From: Octopus sinensis
Lineage: Eukaryota
Assembly: GCF_006345805.1 (NCBI RefSeq)
Contig: NC_043012.1
Coordinates: 10,726,001 to 10,790,000, forward strand
DNA: 64,000 bases
Reading direction: 5' to 3'
Part shown: in pieces, positions 38,934-52,684 of the stretch
Numbering within the stretch: position 1 is the stretch's first letter
Layout of the letters: each line of letters begins with the position of its first letter
The notes under the pieces: generated by a model
Seen by the model: the letters and a program-made list of their open reading frames with translations, nothing else
What the model was told of the DNA's origin: nothing
Databases searched by the model: none
Translations under genes and position numbers: made by a program

Positions 38934-39559
38934 TGAGGTCTAATCATTAAGTGTCCGAACTGTTGCCATAGTAACGAAGCTAAAGCATGCAGAGTGAAGC
39001 CGCTTGGAACAGATTGACCCTGAACCCTGCTGTGCATCTGCACTAAGTTAGTTAGTTAGTTAGTTAGTTAATTTGGCTCAAAAGCAAATAGCAAGGCCAT
39101 GTAGGGGGACATGGAGTTAAGTACAGGGTGGTGTTCATGTAAAGAGTTCAGGCCACTTGAGGTCCAGGGAGGCTTTGAACAAAGCGGTCGTCGGCCACTT
39201 TCGCTGTTTATAGCAGTGCTGGGAAGGAAGGTGTGTAGCGTGTGATCGCCGCATTGACCATGGCAGAGAGAGGCCTACGCAAAGTTGCAGAAAGTGTATG
39301 GTGAGGAGTGTATGAGTCGCACACGTCTACGTGTTGTTCAGACGCTTTCAAGATGGCCGAAAAATGTCGGTAGTGACGAACGTTCTAGGAGACCCGCATC
39401 TGGCAGAACCGAGAAAAGCATAGGAAGTGAGATAGAACGTTAAAACTTAGTGTGCATGCACAGTAGAATTCAAGGTCAATCTGTGCCAAGCGGCTTTACT
39501 CTGCGTGTTTTAGCTTTGTTACTATGGCAACAGTCCGGATACTTATTGATCAGACCACG
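38934..39559 (+). mobile_element. Deleted mariner element with ~110-bp inverted ends, a transposase N-terminal fragment (39273-39425) and a nested retroposon 3' end (39047-39197)
   Basis: TA flanks; 38934-39047 is inverted-similar to 39445-39559. AYAKLQKVYGEECMSRT...FRRFQDGRKNVGSDERSRRP matches the mariner HTH (YGE..MSR..V..W...F..GR..V.DD.RSGRP). The insert has a (TAAC)n tail on minus. Confidence 0.85.
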
Positions 39560-40409
39560 TATATATATATATGCAAAAAGTAAAAAAAAAAATGCTCCTC
39601 GTCCTAGGTTATGGAGTTATGGTTTGATAGGAAGTGTATTAGATAAAGCACAGCACCAATTCCTTGAAACAATAATAATAATAATAATGATAATAATAAT
39701 AATGGGTTGTCAAGCAGAATTATTTTATTGTCAAGCATGCCTTCTGTTATCCTTGACCAATTTAACAACCTCCGTTCATTGCCCCAGGGCGGCCCTTGTC
39801 CTGATCTTCTCTTATACACACACACAGAAAGGGGCACAATGTTATTTGATTAGAGAAAACGAGGGGAGAGATTAGACAGACGCAATAGAATATTAGTTAC
39901 AAGAGGAATAGCAGCTGCAACAACAACAGCAGCCACATAATAGTTTGCAGTTGTGTATAATTACTATCTTCAGACCTTTGGTAGGACACGTAAAGCCAAC
40001 ATTTGCTAAGGCGGACCCTACAATTTGCTTGTATGGCATCGTTGTCACGTTAGGAATCCTCATTGACAATGAACTAAAGTTACTGTTTTATATATATATA
40101 CATATATATGTATATATATTCGCATGTTGTTAATACTTCTATCGAAAGACTGACTTCAGAATATCAAAAGTCTTCATAAAATGTTCTTTTTCAAAAAATA
40201 AAAAAAAATAAAAAAAAAAAAAGGTATGTTTATGGTTAGTAGCTTAGAACAATAAAATGGAGGATCTATGAGAAGAGGAAGGACAGGTGAGTCGTGTGGG
40301 CCTGGGTAAGAATTATATTTAAGGAAGGTACTGGGTGGCGTTTGGTAACTAGAGGTATCTACTGATTGGTGATCAGCTCTGTTGATATCAGGAAATAAGA
40401 AATACAAAC

Positions 40410-40830
40410 ATGGATATTTGTACCATTCCCAGAGATGTTAGCATTGAGGATATGGTGCCATTTAAAGGTGACAGAGGATACGACACACCTTTAAGGTTAC
40501 CAAACTCTCGACAGCTGAGTATTTTTTTAAAAACAGATATCGATTACACGTAAACAACGCCCTTTCATATAATGGCTAAGGGGTTAAAGTAGAATAAAAG
40601 GTTTCAAGAATTTTCGCTAATTGAGCCACAATGGACGAAATTTACAAAACCAAAAATGCTGTTGCTTGATTCTTCTGACTTACAGAACAAATAAAAGACA
40701 TCTAAAATATGATCTAGGGTCAACGGATATAAGAGAAAATTCGAGGGTAACAAAGCTTTTATGTAAAAACAATGTTTCAATGGTGAAATACGTCTCGAGC
40801 CGATGTAAGGAAACGTATTCCTTCAGCTAA
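40410..40830 (+). pseudogene. Decayed piggyBac-type transposase remnant
   Basis: PRDVSIEDMVPFKG resembles the LSIDESMVPFKG catalytic-D motif. RHLKYDLGSTDIRENSR resembles L...G..ATGTIRENR. Frames are broken. Confidence 0.45.
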
Positions 40831-42924
40831 ACATGAAAAGTGTATTGTTGTAGCAGGTCAGTATAGTGTTGTAATAAACTAAATTAGCAACAAACTATCA
40901 AAGCACATTCGAAGTCCCAATTAACAGCGGCATTTGTTATGTAAATACTGATAGCATCACTCTCAAAAAAATTACCAAGAATTTCTTCATCGTCAATTGC
41001 AGCTAATTTCAAAATACACAAAAAACAATGGACGGAATCTACAAACTTGAAAATGTTACTTGATTCTAGTGACTCATAGAGCAAATTAAAAGACATCAAA
41101 AAACATGGTCAAGTTGTCCTTGATTTTGGACTGGTCAACGGATATCGTTTGTGGAAAGCGGTGTGAATGTGCGTTAAACATAAACAATAAAATGCAAACT
41201 AGAATTGTTTTCCAAGTTTTAGATTAAATTTCTGTTACAAGAACTTCTGTTGAAGGATAACATCGAGTGATGTGGACAGGAATACATTAAACAAACGTTT
41301 TACTTTTGAAACAGGCGTAGGTCGAAACCTCAGTGACGTTAATGCTGCTCCCTCTTCCCGTTAATGAAATTAAATCATACACAACGTCTGTCAGTCTTTC
41401 CATTTACTGTGTTACTAAACAATCTCCAACTAACATTGACTGGAATTCCATGTTGTGTTCTGACGCGACTAATGAACGTTATTTCACATTTATGGAAGCC
41501 TGTCTGTAAAGTGGTTGGCGTTAGGAAGGGCATCGAGCCCCTGTCAAACCGTCCAACCCATGCCAGCATGGAAAACGGATGTTAAATGATGATGGTGATG
41601 TGTTGAGTGAAATGGAAAACACTGATTAAACAGATACAGTCGGAAGATTAAGAAATTTGCCTTACGATCATGAGGTAGGGAGTTCAATCTCAATGTGTGG
41701 CATTTTGGACAAATCTTTCACTATAACCTCAGATTCATATAAGTTTTCTGAGTGAAAGTGGAAACCTCTAATTCAAAAGGTTACCGTCACACACACACAC
41801 GGACTTACTGATTCACTCTGATAACAACGTCAACGGCAAACACGTCAGTGGAATACACAGCCATATGCGCATTAATTCAATCAGTGACCAAGCAGGTTAA
41901 AACACTCGTCGTCGAAATCGACGGAGATCCATTTTATGCGACAGACGGCATTGGGAAAGGCATGAAAGTCATACAAACCTCCCAATACTTCACTTGCTCG
42001 AATAAGAAATCCTTATTGTGGGTGGCGGTTGTAGTACTGATGGTAGTTAGTTGGAGAGCCCGGGGTGAGGTAGAAGTGCTGGAATTGGTGGTATCGTGGT
42101 GGTGGGTATAGTGGTAGTGTTGTGATGTCACTGATGGTGGTGCTGGTGGTGGTGGCCTTATTTAACTTAAGTATTTGCCAGAGAAGGATGGAATGAATAG
42201 ACAGACGAGACGTGCGAATAAGTGGCTAGAGTAGAGAGGGTGGTAGTATGAGTGGTTAACGCTGAGGAATTGGTGGGAAGGGTGGGGGGTATTAAAGATG
42301 AGGTCGGTGATGAACGGGAGAAGGGGGGGATGACACTAGCTTAGACACAGCAGGGAGGCGTTGCGTTGATGTTGTTATTGTTGTTATTGTCGTAAAGAAA
42401 TCTTCAGGAATAAAGCTGCAGAGGCAATTTATTGCCAGATATTTTATAGTTGGTGACAGACAGGAAAGAGCATGTCAACAAATATGCCCACCACTCCATA
42501 CCAAACCCATCTTCGTCGTCGCCCTCATAACCACGAGTTGTAGGCTTCTATCGCATAAGCGCCACCACCACCACCACCTTCGTTACTATTATTATCTATT
42601 AATTATGGTAGTCATCATCATCATCATCATCATCAATAACAGTAATAGTGATGATCTCCGTTGACTTGGTTCAGTTCAATCTACCAACACACAACAATTT
42701 TTGTGTCACCCATGCGCACTGTTGTTTGTGTACGTGTGTGTGTGTTTTGTTTAGTATTTGTTATATAAATATATTAAAGTGCCCCATTCGGCTTTGTGTC
42801 AGACGTGTCTGATATATGTAAGGTAAATACAATCTCACACACACACACATAAGGATTTCATGCAATCGACATTTAGGTCAACATCAGCAGCGCGAACCCT
42901 TAAGCCATAATTACAAATACATTG

Positions 42925-43560
42925 AAGGCAGAGAACTGGCAGAATCGTTAGCATGCCGGGTAAAATACTTCCTCTATCTTTACGATCTGAGTTCAGATTC
43001 CGCTGAGGTCGACTTTGCTTTTATTCATTCGGTGCCGATAAAATAGCTACCAGTTGAGTACTGGGATCTTTTCGGTTTGAACGGCAGTTTTTTTCTAGCG
43101 GTGTCATATGAAATTGTCACCCATAATTATGACCATAGAATCGATCTATTGCATTTCAATCTGTTTTAGGGTTAGGGTTAGGGGGAAGGGTATCTTTTTT
43201 TTCTTCACAAATGTAAATAATCCGAATCTGTTTCTTAAACGAGGGACATATTCATACGGCACAGAATGCTTTTTAACTCAATAAACGTCATTGATTGGTT
43301 GAAATTGCAAAAATTGAAGAAAAAAAGCAACAAATATCTTACAAACTATAGAATTTTCTGAATAAAGCCAAGAGAAAAAGATGTTTTATAAACACATTCT
43401 ACCAGTATACGAAGTTTAAAATTTTTTAGTTACCTAGAAATTATGTTAAAAACTGCCGTTCAAACCGAAAAGATCCGAGTACTGGGCGTCGAAATAATCT
43501 ACTTATACCCTCCTCTAAAATTGCTGGCCTTGTATCAAAATTTGAAATCATTATTAAACA
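42925..43560 (+). mobile_element. SINE A interrupted by a Merlin-like MITE
   Basis: SINE sequence cagttGAGTACTG resumes as GAGTACTGggcgtcga after the MITE. Confidence 0.85.
43064..43476. mobile_element. Merlin-like MITE, 413 bp, perfect 29-bp TIR, 8-bp TSD
   Basis: TIR ggatcttttcggtttgaacggcagttttt at 43064-43092 and 43448-43476. TSD gagtactg at 43056-43063 and 43477-43484. Confidence 0.9.
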
Positions 43561-43599
43561 TATTTTTATTAAAATCATTGTGATTATTAGCGCGTCGGA

Positions 43600-44975
43600 C
43601 AAAATGCAAAACGATATTTCTTCCAACTCATCACGTTCCGAGTTCGAATCCCACCGAGGTCAACTTTGCTGTTCATACATTCAGGGTAGTTAAAATAAAG
43701 TACCAGTCACGTGAAAGGATCAATGCAATCGACAAGCCTCCACCCACCCCCACCCCCTAAATTTCAGGCGTTGTGCCAATAGGAGAAAGAATTGTTGTTG
43801 TTGCTGCTGCTGCTGCTGTGGTGGTGGTGGTGGTGGTGGTAGATTGGCAAAATTGTTGGGGCGTCGGAAAAATGCTTTGCAATATTTGATCCAACTCGTT
43901 ACATTTTGAGTTCAAATGTCGGAGAGGTCAACTTAGCTTTTCATTCATTTTTTGTGGTCAAGTACAAGTACAAGTACAAGCGGAGTTCTAGGGTCGTATC
44001 AATCGACTAGTCCCCAATCTTCAAATTTTAGGCCTTGTGCCTATAGTAGAAAGAATTATTATTATTATTTTTCCACCAGGAACCTTTCGAAACGTCTCCC
44101 CCTTTTGGGAGTTTTTCATTGTTTTATTATAATTATTGTTAATGTATTTTTACACGGATTTTTTAACAAACGGACAAAACCCTTTGTAACCTTTCGTCCT
44201 GTCTTGTCCCTTTATGTAATCATGCGTGTCAGCCCTTGTGGCCAATAAAAAAGAATTGATTATTATTATTATTACTATTATATTATTATTATTATTTGAG
44301 TTCAATTTCCGCCGAGGTCGACTTTGCCGTTCATCCTTTCGGGGTCGATAAATTAAGTACCAGTTACGCACTGGGGTCGATGTAATCGACTTAATCCGCT
44401 TGTCTGTCCTTGTTTGTCCCCTCTGAGTTTAGCCCCTTGTGGGTAGTAAAGAAATAAGTACTAGTTACACACTAGGGTCGATGTAATCGACTTAATCCCT
44501 TCTTCCAAATTTGAGGCTTTGTGCTTCCAGTAAAAAGAATTATTATTATCATTATCATTATTATTATTAATACTTTAAAAAGGATATGACGTAACTCCTC
44601 AGAAAAGTAAAGACAAGACGAAGAGGTTTGCTGTCTAAATATCGTTCAACCAATAAAACATCTATTGCAATCACATCGCTCTTTGTATTGTCTACTACTA
44701 CTACTACTACTACTACTACTGCTATTATTATTATTAAGACGACGCTCTGGCAGAATCGATAGCACGCCGGGCAAAATGCTTAGCGGCATTTTGTCAGTCT
44801 TTACATTCTGGGTTCAAATTCCGCCGTGGTCGACTTTGCCTTCCATCCTTTCGGGGGTTCATAAAAATAGGTACCAGTCGAGTACTGGGGTCGATGTAAT
44901 CGACTAGCCCTCTCTCTTCAAAAACTACTGGTTTTATGCCAAAACTTGAAACCATTATTATTATTAACTCCTCAA
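43600..44975 (+). mobile_element. Cluster of at least four same-orientation SINE A copies
   Basis: Family core recurs at ~43630, ~43905, ~44295 and ~44810, separated by (ATT)n/(CTA)n tails. Confidence 0.8.
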
Positions 44976-45609
44976 AAATTAATGGATATTGATTGACAAC
45001 GTAAAGACTCGTGTACACAAGACGAAAAATATTACTCATTCTACGAACGAAAATTCTTGCTGATTTCCCAAAACTAAAACTATAAATAAAACTCTCTCCT
45101 TCCTTCCCTGCCTCCCCCTCCTTCCATCCTATCTCCACTACATCCAAACAAAAGCGCTCATGAAATATTTTATTACCTGAAGAATTAATGCAAAAGCCTT
45201 ACCATATTTTTATGGCGAAACTCAGAAGTTGGCGAAGACTTTTACTTATTCTTCTCGTTTCATTTCTCACCAATATTACTCAATTCAATACTTAAATAAT
45301 TCAAAACCTAAAAATTTTACAATCTCATAACTATTTATAAAATGTTTTCTTTATTTCATTTTATCTTTCTAGTTTTCGATTGTTATTATTGTTGTTGTTC
45401 TTCTTCTTCTCCTCACCGTTCTTCGCTGCTGTTTTGTAGCTCTTTTATCACACATTTCTAATATTTTACTTCACAGAAATATCCAAACATTCCGAAAACG
45501 AAGTAAAATGAAAAATGAACGCAAGAAATTGAAACTTTTCATTCATAAACTATGGCGGCCATTAAAAACACACAGGAAGTGGATATGACGAGACAGGATT
45601 GGAAGGAAG

Positions 45610-45658
<49 letters not shown>

Positions 45659-45947
45659 GAGAGAGAGGAGAGAGAGGAGAGAGAGGAGAGAGAGAGAGAG
45701 GGAGAGAGAGGAGAGAGAGGAGAGAGGGAGAGAGAGACAGAGAGAGAAATCTTTAAGAGCAATTTCTCGAAATTTGAGGATAAATATATATTCTCTCTTT
45801 CTCTCACACACTAAATACACATATATACACACACTATGTATATATAGACATATATATATAGAGAGACATACACACTATATATATAGACATACACACAAAG
45901 AAAGAAAACTAGAGATAGAGAGCGTGAGAAAACCAGATTGAGAACGA

Positions 45948-45983
<36 letters not shown>

Positions 45984-46092
45984 GTGTGCAAGTGAGTAAG
46001 AGAGAGATGCAATGAAGGTTTATAGGGACTCACATACTCTGACGTTGGTTTTTGTTTCAAATCTCAACAGCCTCTCATCCTACCGATTGTTT

Positions 46093-46124
<32 letters not shown>

Positions 46125-47589
46125 CATTGTATAGGGTCAGAGGAAGTTGGTATATTGCCGATAATAAAATCTAACCCGAAAATATGCAATGAAGACGACC
46201 CCGAATAAAAAGGGGCTTTACAATGTAGCTGAATGCCACCAGTGTGAAGTTTAACCTCACCCCTTAACATTCAAACACTCCAGCCTCAACCACAAACTAA
46301 GATGGCGAAGAGGTTATTAGTTAAAAAAAACAAACAAGACAAATTATACCCTTGACTTCTCAACTGCTTTTGGGGAGGCTTTCGTATTTTTATTTATTTT
46401 TTCAAATAGGAAAAACAACAAGTCTTAGCCATTAGGGACCATATTTTCACACGATGACAAACCCCAGATATTGCGTGCGTGCGTGCGTGTGTATGTGTGA
46501 ACTTGCCAGATCTCTTCCTTATCAAATAAATCTAAAGATGTGAAGGTTAAGGGCTCTAAAAACCCATTAACAATCTGAGAGGAAATAGAAAATGTAGGTT
46601 CGAGACAAAAGTATAAGTAAATTCAGAAATCTCTTAATCACGAAGGGCCAAACCCGAAACTTTAGTATGAATTACATCACAAATCACAATATAATACAAA
46701 CTATCCTCAGGCCTGCATGTACCGGCCAAAATCTCCCACAAATCAAACGTTATCATTTCGAAAAAAAAAAAAAAGAAAGCAAGTAAACACAAAATAGTCT
46801 TTTATACTTTCCAAGAATACGGGATAGTCGTGGCTGGAGTATCTTTGATCATGTATTCGATCAGAGTAGCCCTGTGTCAAAATGGTAACAATAATAAAAT
46901 GCAACATTTTCACTGACACAAACCGTCACCTGCTCCTAATTCTGGTTGGTCGATCCTATTTTAATACTGCAAATTCTGCTGCGACACCCAAAATGTATGT
47001 TTATGGCATTTGACAAAAAAGAAAACGAAGCTTCCAGAAGTTTATTCTGTTTATCCCACCAATATAATTCCAATATCACTTTTCAATACCTTACCAATAT
47101 CTTCTCAGTTGTTGTTTTAGAGTAGAACAGAGCCCCAAACCCTTTAAAAGGCCGCAATGACAGGTGGGAAGGAGGGAGATGGCGAATGCATATAACAGAG
47201 TAGACTTTGCCAAAGGTACTAAATTTGCAAGTTGGTGACATTAAACCAGTCTAACCCTCCACCTCATGTAGGCCACGGCGGTATTTGAAAGCAAACAGCT
47301 AGAACAAGTGCCGCAAGGTATCTCGCCCGACTCCCTAATAATTCTACCAATCCAACGCCTGTGAATGGGACTTTATTCCACGGATCGCAGAAAAATGAAA
47401 GGCAAAGTTGATCTTCACTAATATCCTCCTAACATTTCACCAATAGCTTCTCAGTACTTCATTAATACCTTATCATTACACATCACCAATTTATTTCCAA
47501 CACTCCACCAATATATAGCTCGATAACTCTCTAACGGAGTTCCACTCCCCATCAATCCCACTTCAACATTGATATTTCATCGTCACTAA

Positions 47590-48005
47590 AGAAGCGAGCT
47601 GGCAGAAACGTTAGCACGCCGGGCGAAATGCTCAGCAGTATTTCGTCTGTCGCTACGTTCTGAGTTCAAATTCCGCCATGGTCGACTTTGCCTTTCATCC
47701 TTTCGGGGTCGATAAATTAAGTACCAGTTACGCACTGGGGTCGATGAAATCGACTTAATGTCCTTGTTTCTCCCCTCTATATTTAAGCCCTTGCGGGCAT
47801 TAAAGAAATAAGAATCGTTAGCACGCCTGGCACAATGATTAGCGTCATTTCGTTCGTCTTTACGTTCCGAGTTCAAATTCCGACCAGACCGACTCGGCTT
47901 TTCACTGTTTCGGGGTCGATAAAATAAGCACCAGTTCCGCACTGGCATTGATGTAAACGACTTGCCCCCTATCCCGGAATTGCTGGCCTTGTGCCAAAAT
48001 TTCAT
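47590..48005 (+). mobile_element. Long-tail SINE A joined to an older short-tail SINE A
   Basis: Junction taaagaaata|agaatcgttagcacgcc at 47810/47811. Confidence 0.85.
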
Positions 48006-48999
48006 CAACACCTCATCGATGGCTTTCCTCACTAATAATGTTCCATACCGTCTTAAGAAATTTCCAACACTTCACCAATATCTCTTCGACACCTCACCAA
48101 TATTTCTTCAATACTTTCCTCAATATATTGCCAATATTTCATCAACATATTTCCAAACAGTTACCAATATCTCATCAATACCTTCCTAACACTGCCCACC
48201 TAACACCACCACCATCCCGTCCATACCGCATACAATACGCCAATTTCCGCGAACCACTAAGACTCATATTACTGCACTTTAATTCTCGCATTTGCTGCCT
48301 ACCAATGTTTGTCTTTAATAGTATTCCGAGACCATTGAAGGGCGGTGGAGGAAGTGATGACCTCTGGAAACAGACTGGGGCTTGTTTCTATTCGCTGTTT
48401 ACTTAAACACACACAACTGGCATGCGAGTTGTATTTACACCTAATGCAGGGGCTTTAAAGCAAATTGCAGCAGAGCGCCTGATTGGAGCAGTTAATGTTC
48501 CAGTCTACTTTCTAGAAAGTTCTCTCTTGTGTATTCTGTAAACCACACACACACATACACACACACAAAACACACACACCATTTACCGATACTCCACTTG
48601 TTCCATCGACCAGGTACAGAAGAATACAACAAAATTCCCGCCATCAAAATCAAACAACAACAACAAAAACGAGGAAACAACAACAATAACGAGAGAGGAG
48701 TTTTGAGGAGGAGGAGGAGGAGGGAAGCCGCCGCTTGTAGTAGGCTAAAGCTATGTTCGATCTGAAGCATTATGTGACAAGTAGACATAAGGGGGAGGAG
48801 TGGGGGGGACGTCTGGTGGTGGGGGGTTTGTAGGGGGTGGGGGATTAGGGACGGAGAGATGTCACACAAAACCCATTCACTTAAAAATCAACACAACCCC
48901 ATTTAGCAGCAATCTCTCGTTTATTCACTCAGCGTAAAATATTAACAATGGCTGAAAGTATGCGAGCTTAGTGTCTAGAGGAGAGTGCGTTACGCGGCG

Positions 49000-49613
49000 C
49001 GTATATATACATACATATATAAGATACATACATATATATATATATATAATATATATATATATATAATATATATATATATAATATATATATATATATAATA
49101 TATATATATATATACACATACACACACACACACATACATATATAGATATACATACATACACACACATACATATACACACACACACATACATACATACATA
49201 CATACACACACATACATATATATAGATACACACACACACACATATAGATACACACACACATACATACATAGATACACACACACATACATACATAGATAGA
49301 TACACACACACATACATACATAGATACACACACACATACATACATAGATACACACACACATACATAGATACACACACACACACACATATATAGATACACA
49401 CACACAAACACATACATAGATACACATACATATATAGATACACACACATACATATATAGATACACACACATACATACATAGATACACACACATACATACA
49501 TATATAGATACACACACATACATACATATATAGATACACACACATACATACATATATAGATACACACACATATATAGATGCACACACACACACGCACACA
49601 AATAGATACACAC

Positions 49614-49648
<35 letters not shown>
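49000..49648. repeat. Compound (TA)n / (CA)n / TAGATACACACACACATACA-type minisatellite
   Basis: Tandem ~16-22-nt units; source of the 224-280 aa low-complexity ORFs. Confidence 0.95.
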
Positions 49649-50199
49649 GCTCGTTTCTGTGCATATGTCCAAAGTATATGCGTGCCTATATGCAATGTGT
49701 GAGTATGTGTGAGAGCGTGTGCGAATTACTAAATACCTGAATGTAAACGTGTGCTTATAGATGTGTGTGTGCGTGTGTGTGTATGTGTGTGCGCGCGCGT
49801 GGGGCTCCATATTCGATGTCTGCTTTTACATTTTGTGTTTGCATACATATGGACACATGATATGCGCAATAGATAGATGCAGGTGTAAATATTTAAACAC
49901 ACATTTGTGTATATGTGTGTATATATATATATATGTCTCTCTCTCTCTCTCTGCACTTCTGTGTTTCCATACATATAGGAACAGTTAAAAAAAAGAGTGA
50001 AAGAGAGAGAGGGGGAGATAGAGAGAGAGAGAAAAGAAACCGCAGAGAGTGTAAGGAGAAAAGTGAATGTAATAAAATGACAATCAGAAATCTACCCCCC
50101 CCCCTTACCTCTCAACCACGAAGTAGCTGCCTGCCAATAAATAGCCAAAGCTACATCATACAACCTCAATAGTGCAATATAGGCATACATTACATATAC

Positions 50200-50249
<50 letters not shown>

Positions 50250-50439
50250 GCACACCTCACTACAGTAAATTACATAACGCTATATAGCACAGCCGATCAA
50301 TGTGTGATCGGTAGGACAGATGGAAATAAAAGCACAGTCTCCCTCAAATGTGATTACTAACTATAAACCGGGGCATCACTGAGCACTACTGCCCCCCTCC
50401 CTCTCTCTTTCTCTATTCGTCGGTACCAGCGCCAAGTAG

Positions 50440-51590
50440 TGCTTAGACATAAGCAGACTTTAGGTCAGTTGAAATATGTTTGTGACATATTTCAACTTCT
50501 AGAGGCAAACTCACTGCAGTTACTGTGGAGAAAAAAAAACTTACTTATATAGTAAAAGGCGTAAAAACAGCATATCTGCCCATTGTTGCCTTCTGTCGGG
50601 TTCTCAGAAGCAGCGTTTCTAGCTCTTTAGCCGTTATCAATGGGAAATACCGAAGTGAGGTAACTCTGGACAGGTTCAAACCCAACAGCTTTAAAACACA
50701 GTCAACAGCATATACTGAAATGCATTACTGGACCCACCAGGCTGGGAGAAATCTAGTAGCATCAAGGCCAAGCTGAGTTTAGGCATAAGCAAACTTTAGA
50801 TTAGTTAAAATATGTCTGTGGTATATTTCAACTTCTAGAGGCGAATTCACTGCAATTACTGTGGAGCAAAAAATACTCTCATATGGTAAAAAGGTATAAA
50901 AACAATGGGACAGCAGCTAAAAAGCTAGAAGCGCAGCGTCTGGGAATCTGAAGGGGGCAGCAATGGACAAATATGATGTTTTTATACCTTTTTACCATTA
51001 GAAAGAATTTTTTTTTCTTCACGGTAACCGCAGTGCATTTGCCTTTAGAGTTTGAAATATGCCTCAAACATATTTTAAATAACAAACTCTGCATATATAA
51101 GAAATTGGGGTGATAAATGAATAAACAATTATGGTATGGATTGCACTAACTTACACCTGTTTCTGCTATAATATACAATCCACTTATACTTGAGTATCAG
51201 ACTATAGTTTCATTGGAACTTCAAATATTAAGGCACTTCATGTTTGGAGCTCAAATGAACCACTCAAGTAGAAATACATTGCATGTTATAGCAGAAACAG
51301 ATTAATGAAATCCATACCATAATAGTTTGTTCCTTTGTAACCCCAATTCCTTATATATGCGTGCTTTGTTATTTAAAACATATTTGTGGCATATTTCAAA
51401 CACTAAAGGCAAATGTTCTGTAGTTACCGTGAAGAAAAAATTCTCTCTAATGGTAAAAAGGTATAAATGAAGCTACAGAGTGACACTCAAGCACTCAACT
51501 ATGAAAGCATTGCACCTTACAGCAGAAACAGCTATAAGCTAATGAAATCCATAACATAATTGTTTATTCCTTTGCCATCCCAGTTTCTTA
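50440..51590. repeat. Local cluster of direct and inverted ~120-240-bp duplications
   Basis: Unit containing aaatatgt.tgtg.catatttcaa...ggtaaaaaggtataaa occurs direct at ~50442, ~50778 and ~51310, and inverted at ~50908-51150. Confidence 0.85.
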
Positions 51591-52684
51591 TTACTACGCA
51601 ACTGCCGACTGGCGCGTCGTACTGAAACATATGTATGTATATTTTACCTTTGAGTTTTATTTAAGTTCTTCCTAAAATAGTCCAAGCCGGTTGCTAACAA
51701 AGCGACAAGACATTTTGAGTTAAAAGAGTTCTTGGTGTTTGTAAATATGTGGTTGAGTTGGTGTGTTGGTTGAGCTGTCGATGCACACACTCAAGTGTGT
51801 GCATCTATTCACCTAAAGAATCTAAGGTAGAGAATCTTTGGAATGTCTTATAAATTTTGAATGTGCCGCTAATAGACTGGATTTGGAGAATCCGCGCCAG
51901 ATTTTCTTGCTCTTCCTTCAAAATACCTAATATTTCTTGGTGCGCGCGCGCGATTGTTTGAATGAATGAACAGTCCGTTAATGATAACGTATCTAACTTT
52001 CAGGATCAGAATGTGGTCAATCATCAAATGACAAGAAGAGGCCAAGAACGACACAGTTGGATAATATCCATGGACTCAGGTGGTCACGCTCGTTAAATCA
52101 AGCGGGAAAAATCTAAAGACAGTTGCTTTAGGCACCTAGGGACCCAACCCCCACGACGCTCCCAGGAATAGCGGGCGGCGGATGGATGCCTTTTTTTATG
52201 TTGAAATTGAAAATGAAACAGAGTTTGTCGCGTGGCTCCATTTTCATGCCACTGCGATCATCAGGCGTGAAACCCTCAGTTTCAGCTTCAATAAGCAAAC
52301 ATATACTCTACAATATGCCATCTATCTATCTGTCTGTCTGTCTATCTATCAATCTATCTATCTATCTGTATTCCCTACATCGATACACGCACACTTATAT
52401 GTGTGTGTAAATTGTGATAATGTACTAAAGAACATATCTACAGATTTTAGTCAACACAGTGATGCTACGACAAGTGTAATTATAATGTCTATGTGCATAA
52501 TATTTTCGTTGACAAAGATGTGTATGGTGTGCATTTCAACTCTGGAATTTTGCCAGAAGCTGTGTACCTTCCTTAACTATCCACAAACACACTGCTAAAG
52601 ACCCTTCTGATATTAGTGGCTAAAGTAAACCGCACAGACAAGTTTGTATGTATGTATATATATATATATATATATATAAGGGAA

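Noticed and set aside
43165-43185. TTAGGG repeats
   Set aside because: Two to three units internal to a MITE; not an interstitial telomere.
48925-49810. Longest ORFs in the track (224-280 aa)
   Set aside because: Translations of a CA/TA minisatellite (CVYL/YIY repeats) with no coding signal. The same applies to 59341-60018, 45539-45941 and 33626-34102.
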